Origin: an uncultured delta proteobacterium
GTDB lineage: Bacteria; Desulfobacterota; Desulfobacteria; Desulfobacterales; QNYZ01
Length of the DNA: 64,000 nt
NCBI GenBank assembly: GCA_963845145.1
Contig: CAWJQU010000017.1
Location: 128,001 to 192,000 of the forward strand
Direction: 5' to 3'
The position numbers were made by a program, and so were the translations under genes. Shown piece by piece: positions 1 through 10,316 of this stretch (position 1 is its first letter; each line of letters begins with the position of its first letter). The notes beneath the pieces are model-generated. The model did no database searches and had not been told where the DNA came from. It saw nothing but the letters and a program-made list of their open reading frames with translations.

Positions 1-90
1 AAAAAACCGCTCCAGCGTATTCGGTACCAATACCGTGATCATGGACAGCCCCTGCTAAAGGATATCCTGGTTGAAAAACTAAAAGGATGA
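1..90 (+). CDS. 3' end of an unidentified gene entering from the window edge
   Basis: Frame open from base 1 (KKPLQRIRYQYRDHGQPLLKDILVEKLKG) to TGA 88-90, 6 nt before arcC. Confidence 0.45.
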   Translation, partial: KKPLQRIRYQYRDHGQPLLKDILVEKLKG

Positions 91-96
91 CCGAAA

Positions 97-1050
97 ATGA
101 GTACTGTAAGTGTTGGGAAGCCTATTTTGATAGTGGCTTTGGGCGGAAATGCGCTGGTCAAAAAGGGCCAGCGCGGCACCATTGAAGAGCAGTTCAAAAA
201 CCTCAGCCTGCCGGTTAAGCAGATTGCGCGATTGTCGCAATCGTACCGGATTATCATCACCCATGGGAACGGGCCCCAAGTGGGCAACCTGCTGCTGCAA
301 CAGGAGTGTTGTCCGGATATTCCCAAATTGCCTTTGGAAATACTGGTAGCGCAGACCGAAGGACAGATCGGCTACATGATTGAATCCAGCCTGGACGAAG
401 CCCTGATGGATATTGGTATCTCTTACAGGCCGTTGATCAGCCTGATTACTTACGTGGTTGTCGACAAGGATGACCCGGCCTTTAAAAATCCCACCAAACC
501 CATCGGGCCGGTATATAGCGAAGATAAACTTGCCTCGCTTTCCTATCCGACGGTAAAGACGGCCAAAGGTCACCGGCGGGTGGTTGCCTCGCCGCGTCCC
601 GTCACCATTATCGAAAAACGGGAGATAAAAACCCTGATCGATATGGATTTTATTGTTATCTGCTGCGGCGGGGGCGGTATTCCTGTCATACGCAACGGCA
701 GAGGGTTTCACGGTGTCGATGCCGTGGTCGACAAGGATTTGGCCAGTGCCAAACTAGCCCTGGAAGTGGGGGCCGATATATTTCTCATTGCAACCGACGA
801 AGCCGGGGTATATTTAAATTATGGCACCGAAAAACAAAAAATGCTTGATACCGTTACGGCGGATGAGGCCATGCGTCACAAACGCAACGGCGAATTTCCC
901 GATGGAACCATGGGACCGAAAGTTGAAGCCGCCGCGACTTTTGTTCGGCATACCGGTAAAAGGGCGGTGATTGCGGCGATCGATCAGATTGAAAAGGCGG
1001 TGGCCGATGAGGCCGGCACGACAATTATTCCCGGATCTGCCCGGAACTGA
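97..1050 (+). CDS. arcC: Carbamate kinase
   Basis: VALGGNAL, ITHGNGPQVG, GGGGIPV, DKDLAS, GTMGPKV motifs. Confidence 0.95.
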   Translation: MSTVSVGKPILIVALGGNALVKKGQRGTIEEQFKNLSLPVKQIARLSQSYRIIITHGNGPQVGNLLLQQECCPDIPKLPLEILVAQTEGQIGYMIESSLDEALMDIGISYRPLISLITYVVVDKDDPAFKNPTKPIGPVYSEDKLASLSYPTVKTAKGHRRVVASPRPVTIIEKREIKTLIDMDFIVICCGGGGIPVIRNGRGFHGVDAVVDKDLASAKLALEVGADIFLIATDEAGVYLNYGTEKQKMLDTVTADEAMRHKRNGEFPDGTMGPKVEAAATFVRHTGKRAVIAAIDQIEKAVADEAGTTIIPGSARN

Positions 1051-1134
1051 CTGATATGGGCAAGTTCGCAGCCGGCGCATAACCGATAAATTTCATTCAA
1101 CACCACATTTATATCCTAATCTGGGACCGACCCA

Positions 1135-2340
1135 ATGGCACTGATCTATCCCTTGAAAAATCAAATCTTGCCATATGCCTGGGGCTCGACCACGGCCATT
1201 GCAACCCTTTTGGGCCATTCAACGCCGTCCGAAACGCCTCAAGCCGAGTTGTGGATGGGGGGGCACCCCAAGGCGCCGTCATTGATCCAAATCGATGAAA
1301 AGTGGATCTCCCTGATTGACGGCATCGGAAAAGATCCGGAATCCATGTTGGGCGCTCATGTCGCCCGGCGGTTTGAAAGGCGCCTGCCTTATCTTTTTAA
1401 GGTCCTGGCCGTGGCAAAACCCCTCTCCATCCAGGCCCATCCCAACATAGATCAAGCTAAAATAGGCTTTGCAAGGGAAGAAGCACAAAATATTCCCTTT
1501 GATGCCCCTCACCGTAATTACAGGGATGCCAATCACAAGCCCGAATGTATTTGCGCCTTGACGCCGTTTTGGGCTTTAAATGGGTTTCGGCCGATCGATG
1601 AAGTTCTTCAAAGGCTTCAAACGGCTTGCCCTCAAACGCTAAGCGCCAAAATCAAACCATTTATCGACACACACAATCAATCCGACTTAAAACCGATATT
1701 CGAGCTGCTCATGACCTTTTCGCCGGAACGAAAAGCCGCAGTCGTAGGGGAAGCGGTAGCCTTTGCTCAGACCCGGAAGACCACAGCGCCAACCTGGGAA
1801 TGGATGGTAAGGCTGGCACGGTTTTATCCAAATGACATCGGCATACTGTCTCCCCTTTTTCTGAATCTGGTCTGCCTCTCCCCCGGCGAGGCCATGTACT
1901 TGCCCGCCGGGCGAATACACGCCTATCTGGAGGGAACCGGGCTGGAGTTGATGGCCAATTCGGACAATGTACTTCGTGGCGGGTTGACGGGTAAATATAT
2001 GGATGTGATCGAATTGCTGAACGTTCTGGACTTCGATTCGGAAACGATCAAACCGATTAAACCCCAGCGCCTCGATCCGTGTGAAGAGAAATACCCGGTG
2101 CCGGCAGTTGAATTTTCCCTGATCAGGATTACCTTAGATGGTACGAGATCTCATAAAGGTGCTTCCAAAGGCGGTCCTCGAATACTGTTATGCATCGATG
2201 GAAGTATGGAAATCAAAGATATAAGAACCGGTGAAACGGTAGGGATAGAAAAGGGACACTCGGTTTTTGTGGCGGGAAGCATTGTAGACTATGAATTGAC
2301 CGGAAAAGGAATCTGCTTTGCGGCAACCGTGCCGCTTTAA
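1135..2340 (+). CDS. manA: Mannose-6-phosphate isomerase, class I
   Basis: YAWGS, AELWMGGHP, PLSIQAHP, NHKPE, HAYLEG, MANSDNVLRGGLT. Confidence 0.95.
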   Translation: MALIYPLKNQILPYAWGSTTAIATLLGHSTPSETPQAELWMGGHPKAPSLIQIDEKWISLIDGIGKDPESMLGAHVARRFERRLPYLFKVLAVAKPLSIQAHPNIDQAKIGFAREEAQNIPFDAPHRNYRDANHKPECICALTPFWALNGFRPIDEVLQRLQTACPQTLSAKIKPFIDTHNQSDLKPIFELLMTFSPERKAAVVGEAVAFAQTRKTTAPTWEWMVRLARFYPNDIGILSPLFLNLVCLSPGEAMYLPAGRIHAYLEGTGLELMANSDNVLRGGLTGKYMDVIELLNVLDFDSETIKPIKPQRLDPCEEKYPVPAVEFSLIRITLDGTRSHKGASKGGPRILLCIDGSMEIKDIRTGETVGIEKGHSVFVAGSIVDYELTGKGICFAATVPL

Positions 2341-2359
2341 TTAACCCAGATAATAATGG

Positions 2360-2388
2360 TTGACAGGGCAAGCGGGGCAATGCTAATC
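2360..2388 (+). promoter_or_regulatory. Candidate sigma70 promoter of the aro leader
   Basis: TTGACA at 2360-2365 followed by TGCTAAT at 2381-2387. Confidence 0.45.
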
Positions 2389-2417
2389 GGCATGGTCAAT
2401 CGAAACGGAAAGAAGCA

Positions 2418-2489
2418 ATGGCACTATTACCTTCAGGCAGATATTATTTTTACTTTTATTGGGGACCCGTCTGCCTGGGGTGTACCTAA
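2418..2489 (+). CDS. Aromatic-rich attenuator leader peptide MALLPSGRYYFYFYWGPVCLGCT
   Basis: Manual translation; 7 consecutive Tyr/Phe/Trp codons at 2442-2462; purine-rich GGAAAGAAG upstream; precedes terminator and aro operon. Confidence 0.85.
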   Translation: MALLPSGRYYFYFYWGPVCLGCT

Positions 2490-2514
2490 ACGATGTAAAC
2501 CATCTGAATAAGGT

Positions 2515-2557
2515 AAAAGCCGCGGGCGGAAGAAAGCGCCTGCGGCTTTTTTATTTT
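2515..2557 (+). terminator. Attenuator intrinsic terminator
   Basis: AAAAGCCGCGGGCG / CGCCTGCGGCTTTT stem (one G-U) followed by TTATTTT. Confidence 0.85.
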
Positions 2558-2610
2558 GGGCTGCGGGCCATAAAGTCTCTGGCGTTTTGCCTTTCAAAAG
2601 GAGGCGAAGG

Positions 2611-3408
2611 ATGACACTGTTGGGAAAACGGATTCGAATGGAGCGGATCATCAATCGGAACACCCGCCATACGGTGATTGTTCCCATGGATCACGGCATC
2701 TCAGTGGGCCCGATTCCGGGATTGATTGATATAAAAGATGCCATCGCTCGGGTTGCCAAAGGGGGTGCCAATGCCATTGTCGAACACAAAGGTATGGTGG
2801 CTGAAGGGCATCGCGGTACCGGACGCGATGTGGGGTTGATCATCCACCTTTCGGCATCGACGGGACTGTCGACCCAACCCAACGCAAAAACCCTGGTCTG
2901 TACGGTGGAAGAGGCGATTAAACTGGGTGCCGATGCGGTATCGATTCATGTGAATCTAGGCAACGGCCAAGAAAAAGAGATGCTTTACGATTTCGGTCGG
3001 GTCAGCAACGATGCACGCTTGTGGGGCCTGCCGCTTTTGGCCATGATCTATCCCCGAGGTGAAAACATCAAAGACGAATATGATGTGGATGCCGTCAAAC
3101 ACGCCGCCCGATTGGGTGCTGAATTGGGTGCCGATCTGGTCAAAGTCTCCTATACCGGATCTTCCGAATCTTTTCGGGAAGTGATCGACGGATGCTCCGT
3201 GCCGGTAGTGATTGCCGGGGGGCCTAAAATGGATTCGGACAAAGAAATTCTGGAAATGGTGAAAGGTGCCATTGATGCCGGCGGGTCAGGGGTTTCCATT
3301 GGTAGAAACGTTTTCCAGCACAGCGATCCAACCAAAATGGTACAGGCCATCTCATCCATCGTGCATGACGGTGGTGATGTGGCGCAAGCGTTAACGTTTT
3401 TAAGCTAA
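2611..3408 (+). CDS. aroA': 2-amino-3,7-dideoxy-D-threo-hept-6-ulosonate synthase (AroA', DhnA-type class I aldolase)
   Basis: PMDHG, HLSAST, GADLVK, AGGPK, GRNVFQ; adjacent to DHQ synthase II; AGGAGG before ATG 2611. Confidence 0.88.
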   Translation: MTLLGKRIRMERIINRNTRHTVIVPMDHGISVGPIPGLIDIKDAIARVAKGGANAIVEHKGMVAEGHRGTGRDVGLIIHLSASTGLSTQPNAKTLVCTVEEAIKLGADAVSIHVNLGNGQEKEMLYDFGRVSNDARLWGLPLLAMIYPRGENIKDEYDVDAVKHAARLGAELGADLVKVSYTGSSESFREVIDGCSVPVVIAGGPKMDSDKEILEMVKGAIDAGGSGVSIGRNVFQHSDPTKMVQAISSIVHDGGDVAQALTFLS

Positions 3409-3482
3409 CCAAACGACGCTCGCAGTTATGTCGGTGGCACACCGGCACACCGGACCAGCCGAACAATCAGAAAGGCCGAACC

Positions 3483-4475
3483 ATGCGTAAAATTTGGGTA
3501 AAAGTGGACCCTTGGGATAAGGCATTGGTAACGACTGCCATCGAAGGGGGGGCGGACGGTATTTTGGTGCCCGAAGGCTATTCGAAAAAGGTAAAGGCGC
3601 TGGGGAAAATGCCAACCATCGCCGAAGATGGTGACCTGAAAATGGGTAAGGATGTGGTGTACTTTACCATTAAAAGCACTGAGGACGAGGCGGCAATCGT
3701 CAAATTGTGCCAGCGCCAAAAAGTGATTCTTGAAACAACGGACTGGCGCATCATCCCCCTGGAAAACCTAATCGCCCAGGGTGCCGATGTCATTATGAAG
3801 GTCGAGACGTTAGAAGAAGCACAGGCGGCTTTTGGCATACTGGAAAAAGGGGTGCAGCATATCCTTTTTGATACCGACGATGCGGTTGTCTTGAAAGCGT
3901 CCTTGGCGGCGTTGAAGACAATGGAAGAAAAACTCCAAATGGTCACGGCGAAGATCCGATCCGTTAAACCTGCCGGCATGGGCGATCGGGTTTGCATCGA
4001 CACGTGTTCCAACATGACGGCCGGAGAAGGAATGCTGGTGGGCAACAGCAGTGGTGCGCTTTTTCTCATTCATTCCGAGAGCATTACCAATCCATACGTG
4101 GCCCCACGACCATTTAGAGTCAATGCGGGGCCGGTGCATGCCTATACGCGTGTACCCGGAGACAAGACCCGCTATCTATCCGAACTTTGTTCCGGAGACC
4201 CGATACTGATCGTCGATTATACCGGCCGATCCACCGCGGGTGTAATCGGCCGGTTGAAAATCGAAAAAAGGCCCCTGATGCTGGTAACAGCCGACATTGG
4301 CGGGCAAACGGCCACCACCATCGTCCAGAATGCCGAAACCATACGATTGACACGACCCGATGGCACAGCTGTTTCCGTCGTCAACCTATCGGCAGGAGAC
4401 GAGGTCGTGGCGCTGGTGGAAGCCGCCGGCCGGCACTTTGGCCACAAAATCGAAGAAACCATTACGGAGAAGTAA
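3483..4475 (+). CDS. aroB': 3-dehydroquinate synthase II (AroB')
   Basis: IIPLENLIA, GDRVCIDT, RPFRVNAGPVHAY, KIEKRP, QNAETIRL, GRHFG. Confidence 0.93.
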   Translation: MRKIWVKVDPWDKALVTTAIEGGADGILVPEGYSKKVKALGKMPTIAEDGDLKMGKDVVYFTIKSTEDEAAIVKLCQRQKVILETTDWRIIPLENLIAQGADVIMKVETLEEAQAAFGILEKGVQHILFDTDDAVVLKASLAALKTMEEKLQMVTAKIRSVKPAGMGDRVCIDTCSNMTAGEGMLVGNSSGALFLIHSESITNPYVAPRPFRVNAGPVHAYTRVPGDKTRYLSELCSGDPILIVDYTGRSTAGVIGRLKIEKRPLMLVTADIGGQTATTIVQNAETIRLTRPDGTAVSVVNLSAGDEVVALVEAAGRHFGHKIEETITEK

Positions 4476-4481
4476 ACGCCC

Positions 4482-5435
4482 ATGCCTGGCGACGATGCGA
4501 ATGTGGCGGGGTTAAAGGTCGATCCAGCCCAGATTAATTCAACTCAGGTTGATCTGGCTCGGATTGATCTATCTCGGGTTGATCCTGATTGCGGGCGGTG
4601 TCCCATCGATTCGGAAACCGCGCTCTACGCCGTCATCGGTAATCCGGTGGGGCATAGCTTGAGCCCACTCATGCACAATGCGGCCTTTCTCAAAAGCAGG
4701 CTGAATGCGATCTATGTCGCTTTCAGGGTTACCGATATCCATAGCGCCATATCAGGCCTGCGGTCCTTGGGATTTGCCGGGGTCAGCGTCACAATCCCCC
4801 ATAAAACAGCCGTCCTCGATCTGTTGGATGCAGTGGACCCGGAGGCGGCGGCCATCGGAGCCGTAAACACCATTGTCAAAAGAAAAAGAAAGCTGGTTGG
4901 CTTCAATACCGATGGCGCCGGTGCCGTTCGTGCCCTTAGCGCCAAAATCACCCTGAGTGAAAAACGCACGGTTGTCATCGGCGCCGGCGGTGCGGCCCGG
5001 GCGATCGGCTATGCCGTTACGGCAGCGGGCGGCTGCGTCACCATCGTCAACCGCAGTCAAAAAAACGGCGAGGCCCTCGCAAAAGATCTGGGTGCCGATT
5101 TTCGGTTCCTTTCTGATTTTAACGGGACGTCGTGCGACGTACTGATAAATACAACGCCGGTCGGCATGCTGCCCCGTACTGATGCCATACCGGTTGATGA
5201 AGCGTTTTTGCATCCGGATATGGTGGTGATGGATATCGTCTACAATCCCCTTGAAACGCGGTTGCTTCGTGCCGCCGCCCGTATCGGCTGCACAACCGTA
5301 AGTGGTCTCGACATGTTCGTCTATCAGGGAGCGGCCCAATTTGAGTTGTGGACGAAAATACCGGCGCCAGTAGAAAGGATGCGTTCGGCTGTTTTAAAGG
5401 CCCTTTCATCAATTAATGACACTCGAGAAGGTTAA
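4482..5435 (+). CDS. aroE: Shikimate dehydrogenase with repetitive N-terminal extension
   Basis: GNPVGHSLSP, VTIPHK, GAVNT, NTDG, GAGGAA, NTTPVGM, DIVYNP. Confidence 0.93.
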   Translation: MPGDDANVAGLKVDPAQINSTQVDLARIDLSRVDPDCGRCPIDSETALYAVIGNPVGHSLSPLMHNAAFLKSRLNAIYVAFRVTDIHSAISGLRSLGFAGVSVTIPHKTAVLDLLDAVDPEAAAIGAVNTIVKRKRKLVGFNTDGAGAVRALSAKITLSEKRTVVIGAGGAARAIGYAVTAAGGCVTIVNRSQKNGEALAKDLGADFRFLSDFNGTSCDVLINTTPVGMLPRTDAIPVDEAFLHPDMVVMDIVYNPLETRLLRAAARIGCTTVSGLDMFVYQGAAQFELWTKIPAPVERMRSAVLKALSSINDTREG

Positions 5436-6698
5436 ATGCGCGAGATCAAACCAGGCCCCATTCGCGAATGTCGCATAAAGATCCCCGGATCAAAAAGCCA
5501 CACCCATCGCGCGCTGTTGGTATCTGCCTTGGCGGCCGACAACAGCACCATTCTAAACGGTTTGAACAGCGAGGACACCCAATTTACGATCGAGGCTCTC
5601 AGGCAAATGGGGGTTAAAATCGACGAAAATGCTGAGGGAAATTGGCGTGTAACTGGTTGTGGCGGCCGGTTTAATCCGAGCGATGATCCCATTTACCTCG
5701 GTAACTCGGGGACCTCTATGCGGTTGATTACCGCCCTGACGGCTTTAGGCCGGGGGCCGTACACGCTAAAGGGAACCGATCGGATGCACCAGCGGCCCAT
5801 TGGGAAATTGTTGAATGGTTTGCGGCAGATCGGCGCCGAAGCTTTGTCTGTTAACGACAACGATTGCCCTCCGGTGATTATCAACGGCAAAAACCTCACC
5901 GGTGGTCGAATCGAGTTGGACTGCAGCGACAGCAGCCAGTACCTTTCGGCATTATTGATGATTGCTCCCTGTACACCAAAGGGCTTGCGCATTAAAATTA
6001 CCCAGGGGCCGGTATCCCGCCCTTATGTCGACATGACGGTGGCCATCATGGAATCATTCGGCATAACGGTTGAGCGGGAAGCCTACGCTTATTTCACCGT
6101 TGCTGGGGGCCAGGATTACCAAGCGACGCAAACAAGCGTTGAGCCGGATGCATCCAACGCGAGTTATTTTTGGGCCGCCGCCGCCGTTACCGGGGTTTCG
6201 ATCACCGTGGCAGGGATCTCTTTGGACAGCCTTCAAGGGGATGTGCGGTTTGTCGAACGGCTCGAAAAGATGGGTTGCAACATTAAGCTATTGGATGATG
6301 GAATCAATGTAACCGGTGGAAAATTAAGTGGAATAGATGTTGATATGTCTCACATGCCGGACATGGTGCCCACCCTGGCGGTGGTGGCTGCGTTTGCCGA
6401 GGGCACAACCAGAATTCGTGGGGTCGGCCATTTAAAAGTAAAGGAGTGCAATCGGCTCAATGCTGTGGGCACGGAATTGACCAAGATGGGCATCGATGTT
6501 GAAATCGGTGATTCGACACTGATTATTAACGGCGGGAGACCTCGCGGAGCCGTGATCGACACCTACGATGATCATCGCATGGCCATGAGTTTTGCCGTGG
6601 CCGGCTTGAGGACACCAGGGGTTTGCATTAAAAATGAATCCTGTGTTGAAAAATCGTTTCCCTCATTTTGGGAAGTATTCGACGGATTATATCGATGA
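5436..6698 (+). CDS. aroA: EPSP synthase
   Basis: PGSKS, LGNSGT, SSQYLSALL, S.PYVDMT, KECNR, DDHRMAM, KSFP. Confidence 0.95.
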   Translation: MREIKPGPIRECRIKIPGSKSHTHRALLVSALAADNSTILNGLNSEDTQFTIEALRQMGVKIDENAEGNWRVTGCGGRFNPSDDPIYLGNSGTSMRLITALTALGRGPYTLKGTDRMHQRPIGKLLNGLRQIGAEALSVNDNDCPPVIINGKNLTGGRIELDCSDSSQYLSALLMIAPCTPKGLRIKITQGPVSRPYVDMTVAIMESFGITVEREAYAYFTVAGGQDYQATQTSVEPDASNASYFWAAAAVTGVSITVAGISLDSLQGDVRFVERLEKMGCNIKLLDDGINVTGGKLSGIDVDMSHMPDMVPTLAVVAAFAEGTTRIRGVGHLKVKECNRLNAVGTELTKMGIDVEIGDSTLIINGGRPRGAVIDTYDDHRMAMSFAVAGLRTPGVCIKNESCVEKSFPSFWEVFDGLYR

Positions 6699-6738
6699 CA
6701 TTTTCGAAAGCCTCTTCGAAAACCTATTGGATGGATAA

Positions 6739-7314
6739 ATGAACGTCTTTCTCATCGGCTTTCGGTGTACGGGGAAAACCACGGTTGGGCGAATCTTATC
6801 CGAATCGCTCGGTCTGCGGTTTATCGATACCGATCGCCAGTTTGTTGCCGAAGCCGGTCAGTCCATTGACAGTGCTGTCAACACGTATGGCTGGCGGCAT
6901 TTTCGTCAATGGGAAGCAAACATCCTGGCGCAAGTTTGTACCGGAGAAGGCCAGGTGGTGGCAACCGGCGGCGGCGTCATTCTCAATCCGGATAACGTGG
7001 CCGGCATGAACAGGAGCGGTGCGGTCGTCTGGCTTTGCGCGTCACCGGAAACCATTGTCAGGCGAATGACGGGTGATGACGATTCGCAAATATCGAGGCC
7101 TTCGTTGACGGGTAAAGCGCCATCTGTTGAAGTCATTGAGGTATTATCCCAACGGACGCCGTTATACCGGCAGGCAGCCGACATTGAGGTGATGACCGAT
7201 GAGCGGTCGCAGGGAATGATCGCCGATGAGATTGTTCAGGCTTTGGGAGCGTTCAAGAAGCAATCGCTAAATATAGGTTTAAAAAGAGGTGAGGGGGCCG
7301 GTAAAAATGAGTAG
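6739..7314 (+). CDS. aroK: Shikimate kinase
   Basis: [12 protein letters not shown]-loop, DTD, FR.WE, ATGGG. Confidence 0.92.
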   Translation: MNVFLIGFRCTGKTTVGRILSESLGLRFIDTDRQFVAEAGQSIDSAVNTYGWRHFRQWEANILAQVCTGEGQVVATGGGVILNPDNVAGMNRSGAVVWLCASPETIVRRMTGDDDSQISRPSLTGKAPSVEVIEVLSQRTPLYRQAADIEVMTDERSQGMIADEIVQALGAFKKQSLNIGLKRGEGAGKNE

Positions 7315-8386
7315 CACGTTTGGAACACTTTTTCGGGTGACGACTTTCGGGGAATCCCACTGCAAGGGCGTAGGGGCTGTAATTGATGGATGCCCCCCGA
7401 AAATGGGGCTATCGGAGGCGGATATACAACCTCAATTGGACCGGCGCCGCCCAGGCCAGAGTCGGCTCACCACCGATCGAAGCGAAGCCGATCAGGTCAC
7501 TATTTTATCGGGAGTGGAAAACGGAAAAACCCTGGGAACGCCGGTGGCCCTAATGGTCGCCAATCAAGACCAACGGCCGGGCGATTATACCGCCATGCAA
7601 AACATTCCCCGTCCCTCCCATGCCGACTATACCTACCAGAAAAAATACGGTATTCGGGCTTCCAGCGGGGGTGGGCGTTCCAGTGCCCGGGAAACCATCG
7701 GCCGGGTGGCGGCGGGTGCCGTGGCAGAAAAGTTTCTACATGAAATATTCGGTATAAAGATTGTCGCCTGGGTTAGCGCGGTGGGTGACATTACGGCGCC
7801 AAAGCCGGAAATGGATGCCATTGAACGCGATGAGGTGGATTCCAGTCCCATTCGATGTCCGGATGCGGGCACCTCCGATCGAATGATCGCATTGGTTGAA
7901 GAGACCAAGGCCGCCAATGACTCCATCGGGGGGATTGTTTCATGCATATGCCGCAATGTGCCGGCGGGACTGGGGGAGCCGGTCTTCGATAAACTGGAAG
8001 CGCGCTTGGCCCAGGCCATGCTGTCAATACCGGCCACCAAAGGATTTGAAATCGGATCCGGTTTTAAGGGTACACGGATGACCGGATCGGTTCACAATGA
8101 CCCGTTTGTATCGAGAGACGGTCGCCTGGGTACTGTCACCAACCATAGTGGTGGCGTTCAGGGCGGCATCTCAAACGGTGAGGCAATCACCTTTCGCGTG
8201 GCTTTTAAACCGCCGGCGACCATCGGGCAAGCCCAGCAAACGGTTGATTTTGACGGAAACAAGGTCGTTTTGGAAGCCAAGGGACGCCACGACCCGTGTG
8301 TTGTTCCCCGGGCCGTGCCCATCGTAGAGGCCATGGCGGCTTTGGTTTTGATTGATCTGGTGATGCGGCAAAAGCGGTTTGATTGA
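7307..8386 (+). CDS. aroC: Chorismate synthase
   Basis: [34 protein letters not shown]; start placed at MSSTFG. Confidence 0.96.
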   Translation: MSSTFGTLFRVTTFGESHCKGVGAVIDGCPPKMGLSEADIQPQLDRRRPGQSRLTTDRSEADQVTILSGVENGKTLGTPVALMVANQDQRPGDYTAMQNIPRPSHADYTYQKKYGIRASSGGGRSSARETIGRVAAGAVAEKFLHEIFGIKIVAWVSAVGDITAPKPEMDAIERDEVDSSPIRCPDAGTSDRMIALVEETKAANDSIGGIVSCICRNVPAGLGEPVFDKLEARLAQAMLSIPATKGFEIGSGFKGTRMTGSVHNDPFVSRDGRLGTVTNHSGGVQGGISNGEAITFRVAFKPPATIGQAQQTVDFDGNKVVLEAKGRHDPCVVPRAVPIVEAMAALVLIDLVMRQKRFD

Positions 8387-8470
8387 AAACATGAAAGAGG
8401 GAGCGGTTAAGAAAAAAAGCAATTCGCTAAACGCGGACCCGTCCGTCGCGTGCGGACCAACGGAATCTCC

Positions 8471-9241
8471 ATGAATAAAATCCAATCCATCGGCATCATC
8501 GGTTTCGGTCGCTTCAGCCGCTTGATGGTGCGCTATTTATCGGACGATTTTGAGGTAACGGTTTTTGATCGCCGTAATCGCACCGAGATCGTGGCCGATC
8601 TTGGCGGCCGCGCCGGTTCCCTGGACGAAGCCTGTGGATGTGACCTGGTTGTTCCGGCGGTGCCCATATCCGCCATGCAATCCGTCCTTATGAAGATGGC
8701 CCCTTTGCTTGGTTCAACCAGCCTGGTGATGGATATCTGTTCCGTAAAGACATATCCTGTGCAATGGATGGCCCAATTACTTCCCCCGGATACCGCCTTT
8801 ATAGCAACCCACCCCATGTTTGGTCCGGACAGTGCGGCTGGGACCCTGGCAGGCCAGAAGATGATATTGTGCCGGCAACGGATCGATTCGAACCGATATG
8901 GTTGCATCCGCGATTATTTGAAATCGAAGCAATTGGTTGTTATTGAGACAACCCCGGAAGAACACGACCGGCAGATGGCCGCGACCCTGGCTTTGACTCA
9001 TTTTATTGGCCGCTCCCTGGCGGAATACGGTGCTGAGCCTTTGGATATTGACACCGAAGGCTACAAACGGTTGTTGTATACCCTGGAAACGGTCACCCAC
9101 GACACCTGGGAGTTGTTTACGGATATGCACCACTACAATCCCTTTGCTAAAGATATCCGTACACGCTTCAAGGCGGCCGTGATGCGGATCGATGCCCGGC
9201 TTGATGAGGTTGATCCATCGCCCACGAGGTCAACCCAATGA
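8471..9241 (+). CDS. tyrA: Prephenate/arogenate dehydrogenase
   Basis: GIIGFGRF, DICSVK, THPMFGP, EEHD motifs. Confidence 0.85.
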   Translation: MNKIQSIGIIGFGRFSRLMVRYLSDDFEVTVFDRRNRTEIVADLGGRAGSLDEACGCDLVVPAVPISAMQSVLMKMAPLLGSTSLVMDICSVKTYPVQWMAQLLPPDTAFIATHPMFGPDSAAGTLAGQKMILCRQRIDSNRYGCIRDYLKSKQLVVIETTPEEHDRQMAATLALTHFIGRSLAEYGAEPLDIDTEGYKRLLYTLETVTHDTWELFTDMHHYNPFAKDIRTRFKAAVMRIDARLDEVDPSPTRSTQ

Positions 9242-10239
9242 ATCAGCCGGCTGAATCGGTTCTGATAACCGGGGGGGGCGGATTTTTAGGAAGCGCCATC
9301 GTCCGTATGATCACGGCGGAAGGGGGTGGGGTCAGTAGTTTTTCACGCCGGTTTTATTCGGACCTGGACGCCCTTGGTGTGAAACAGATTCAGGGCGATG
9401 TCCGGGATCGGGATGCGGTTATGTCCGCATGTGAAGGGGTCGATCTGGTTTTTCATACAGCGGCCAAAGCCGGGGGCTGGGGGAAATACAGAGACTTTTT
9501 TGATATCAACGTAACGGGTACCGAAAATATCATTGCCGCTTGCAAACACCATCAGGTGTCCCGCCTGATTTATACGAGTTCACCCAGCGTGGTGTTCGAT
9601 AAGAAGGATAAAACCGGCATCAATGAATCCGCTCCATACGTCACCCATTTTCAAGCCCACTACCCAGCCACCAAAGCCCAGGCAGAACAAGCTGTCCGAA
9701 AGGCAGCCGGTGAGGGGCTGCCAACCATTTCACTACGCCCCCATCTGATCTGGGGCCCCGGTGACAATCACCTTGTTCCCCGAATATTGGAACGGTCCCA
9801 TCGATTAAAACGCATTGGTGATGGGTCGAATCGGGTGGATACAACCTATATAGACAATGCAGCTTTGGCCCACCTGCTGGCTGCCCGAAAATTAAAAGAG
9901 AACCCGGTGCTATCCGGAAACGTCTACTTTATCAGTCAAGGCGAGCCCATACCCCTTTGGAATATGGTGGATAAAATTCTTGCCGCGGATGGTAAAGATC
10001 CGGTGACAGGTCGAGTGTCTCCACGAGTCGCCTGGATGGTCGGCGCCGTTCTAGAAGGTTTCCACAAGGTGTTTGGTATTTCCCGGGAACCCTTCATGAC
10101 CCGATTTGGCGCCACCGAATTGGCCACCTCTCACTGGTTCGATATTACGGCGGCCAGGGAAGATCTGGGATATGCGCCGACTATTTCCACGGAAGAAGGG
10201 TTGGACCGCTTGGCCAAATGGTTGAATCCAGTTAACTGA
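9238..10239 (+). CDS. Extended SDR, 3-beta-HSD/OleD-like reductase
   Basis: TGGGGFLG, HTAAKAG, YTSSPSVVF, YxxxK, LRPHLIWGPGD; ATGA overlap with tyrA. Confidence 0.8.
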   Translation: MNQPAESVLITGGGGFLGSAIVRMITAEGGGVSSFSRRFYSDLDALGVKQIQGDVRDRDAVMSACEGVDLVFHTAAKAGGWGKYRDFFDINVTGTENIIAACKHHQVSRLIYTSSPSVVFDKKDKTGINESAPYVTHFQAHYPATKAQAEQAVRKAAGEGLPTISLRPHLIWGPGDNHLVPRILERSHRLKRIGDGSNRVDTTYIDNAALAHLLAARKLKENPVLSGNVYFISQGEPIPLWNMVDKILAADGKDPVTGRVSPRVAWMVGAVLEGFHKVFGISREPFMTRFGATELATSHWFDITAAREDLGYAPTISTEEGLDRLAKWLNPVN

Positions 10240-10273
10240 AGGTATTCAACCATTGAGAATTAGGTCACGATAT

Positions 10274-10302
10274 AAAATGAGGGTACGCCCCCATCTCATT
10301 TT
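10274..10302. terminator. Possible bidirectional terminator between convergent genes
   Basis: AAAATGAG ... CTCATTTT inverted repeat. Confidence 0.4.
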
Positions 10303-10316
10303 TGTTCGGTGATTTT

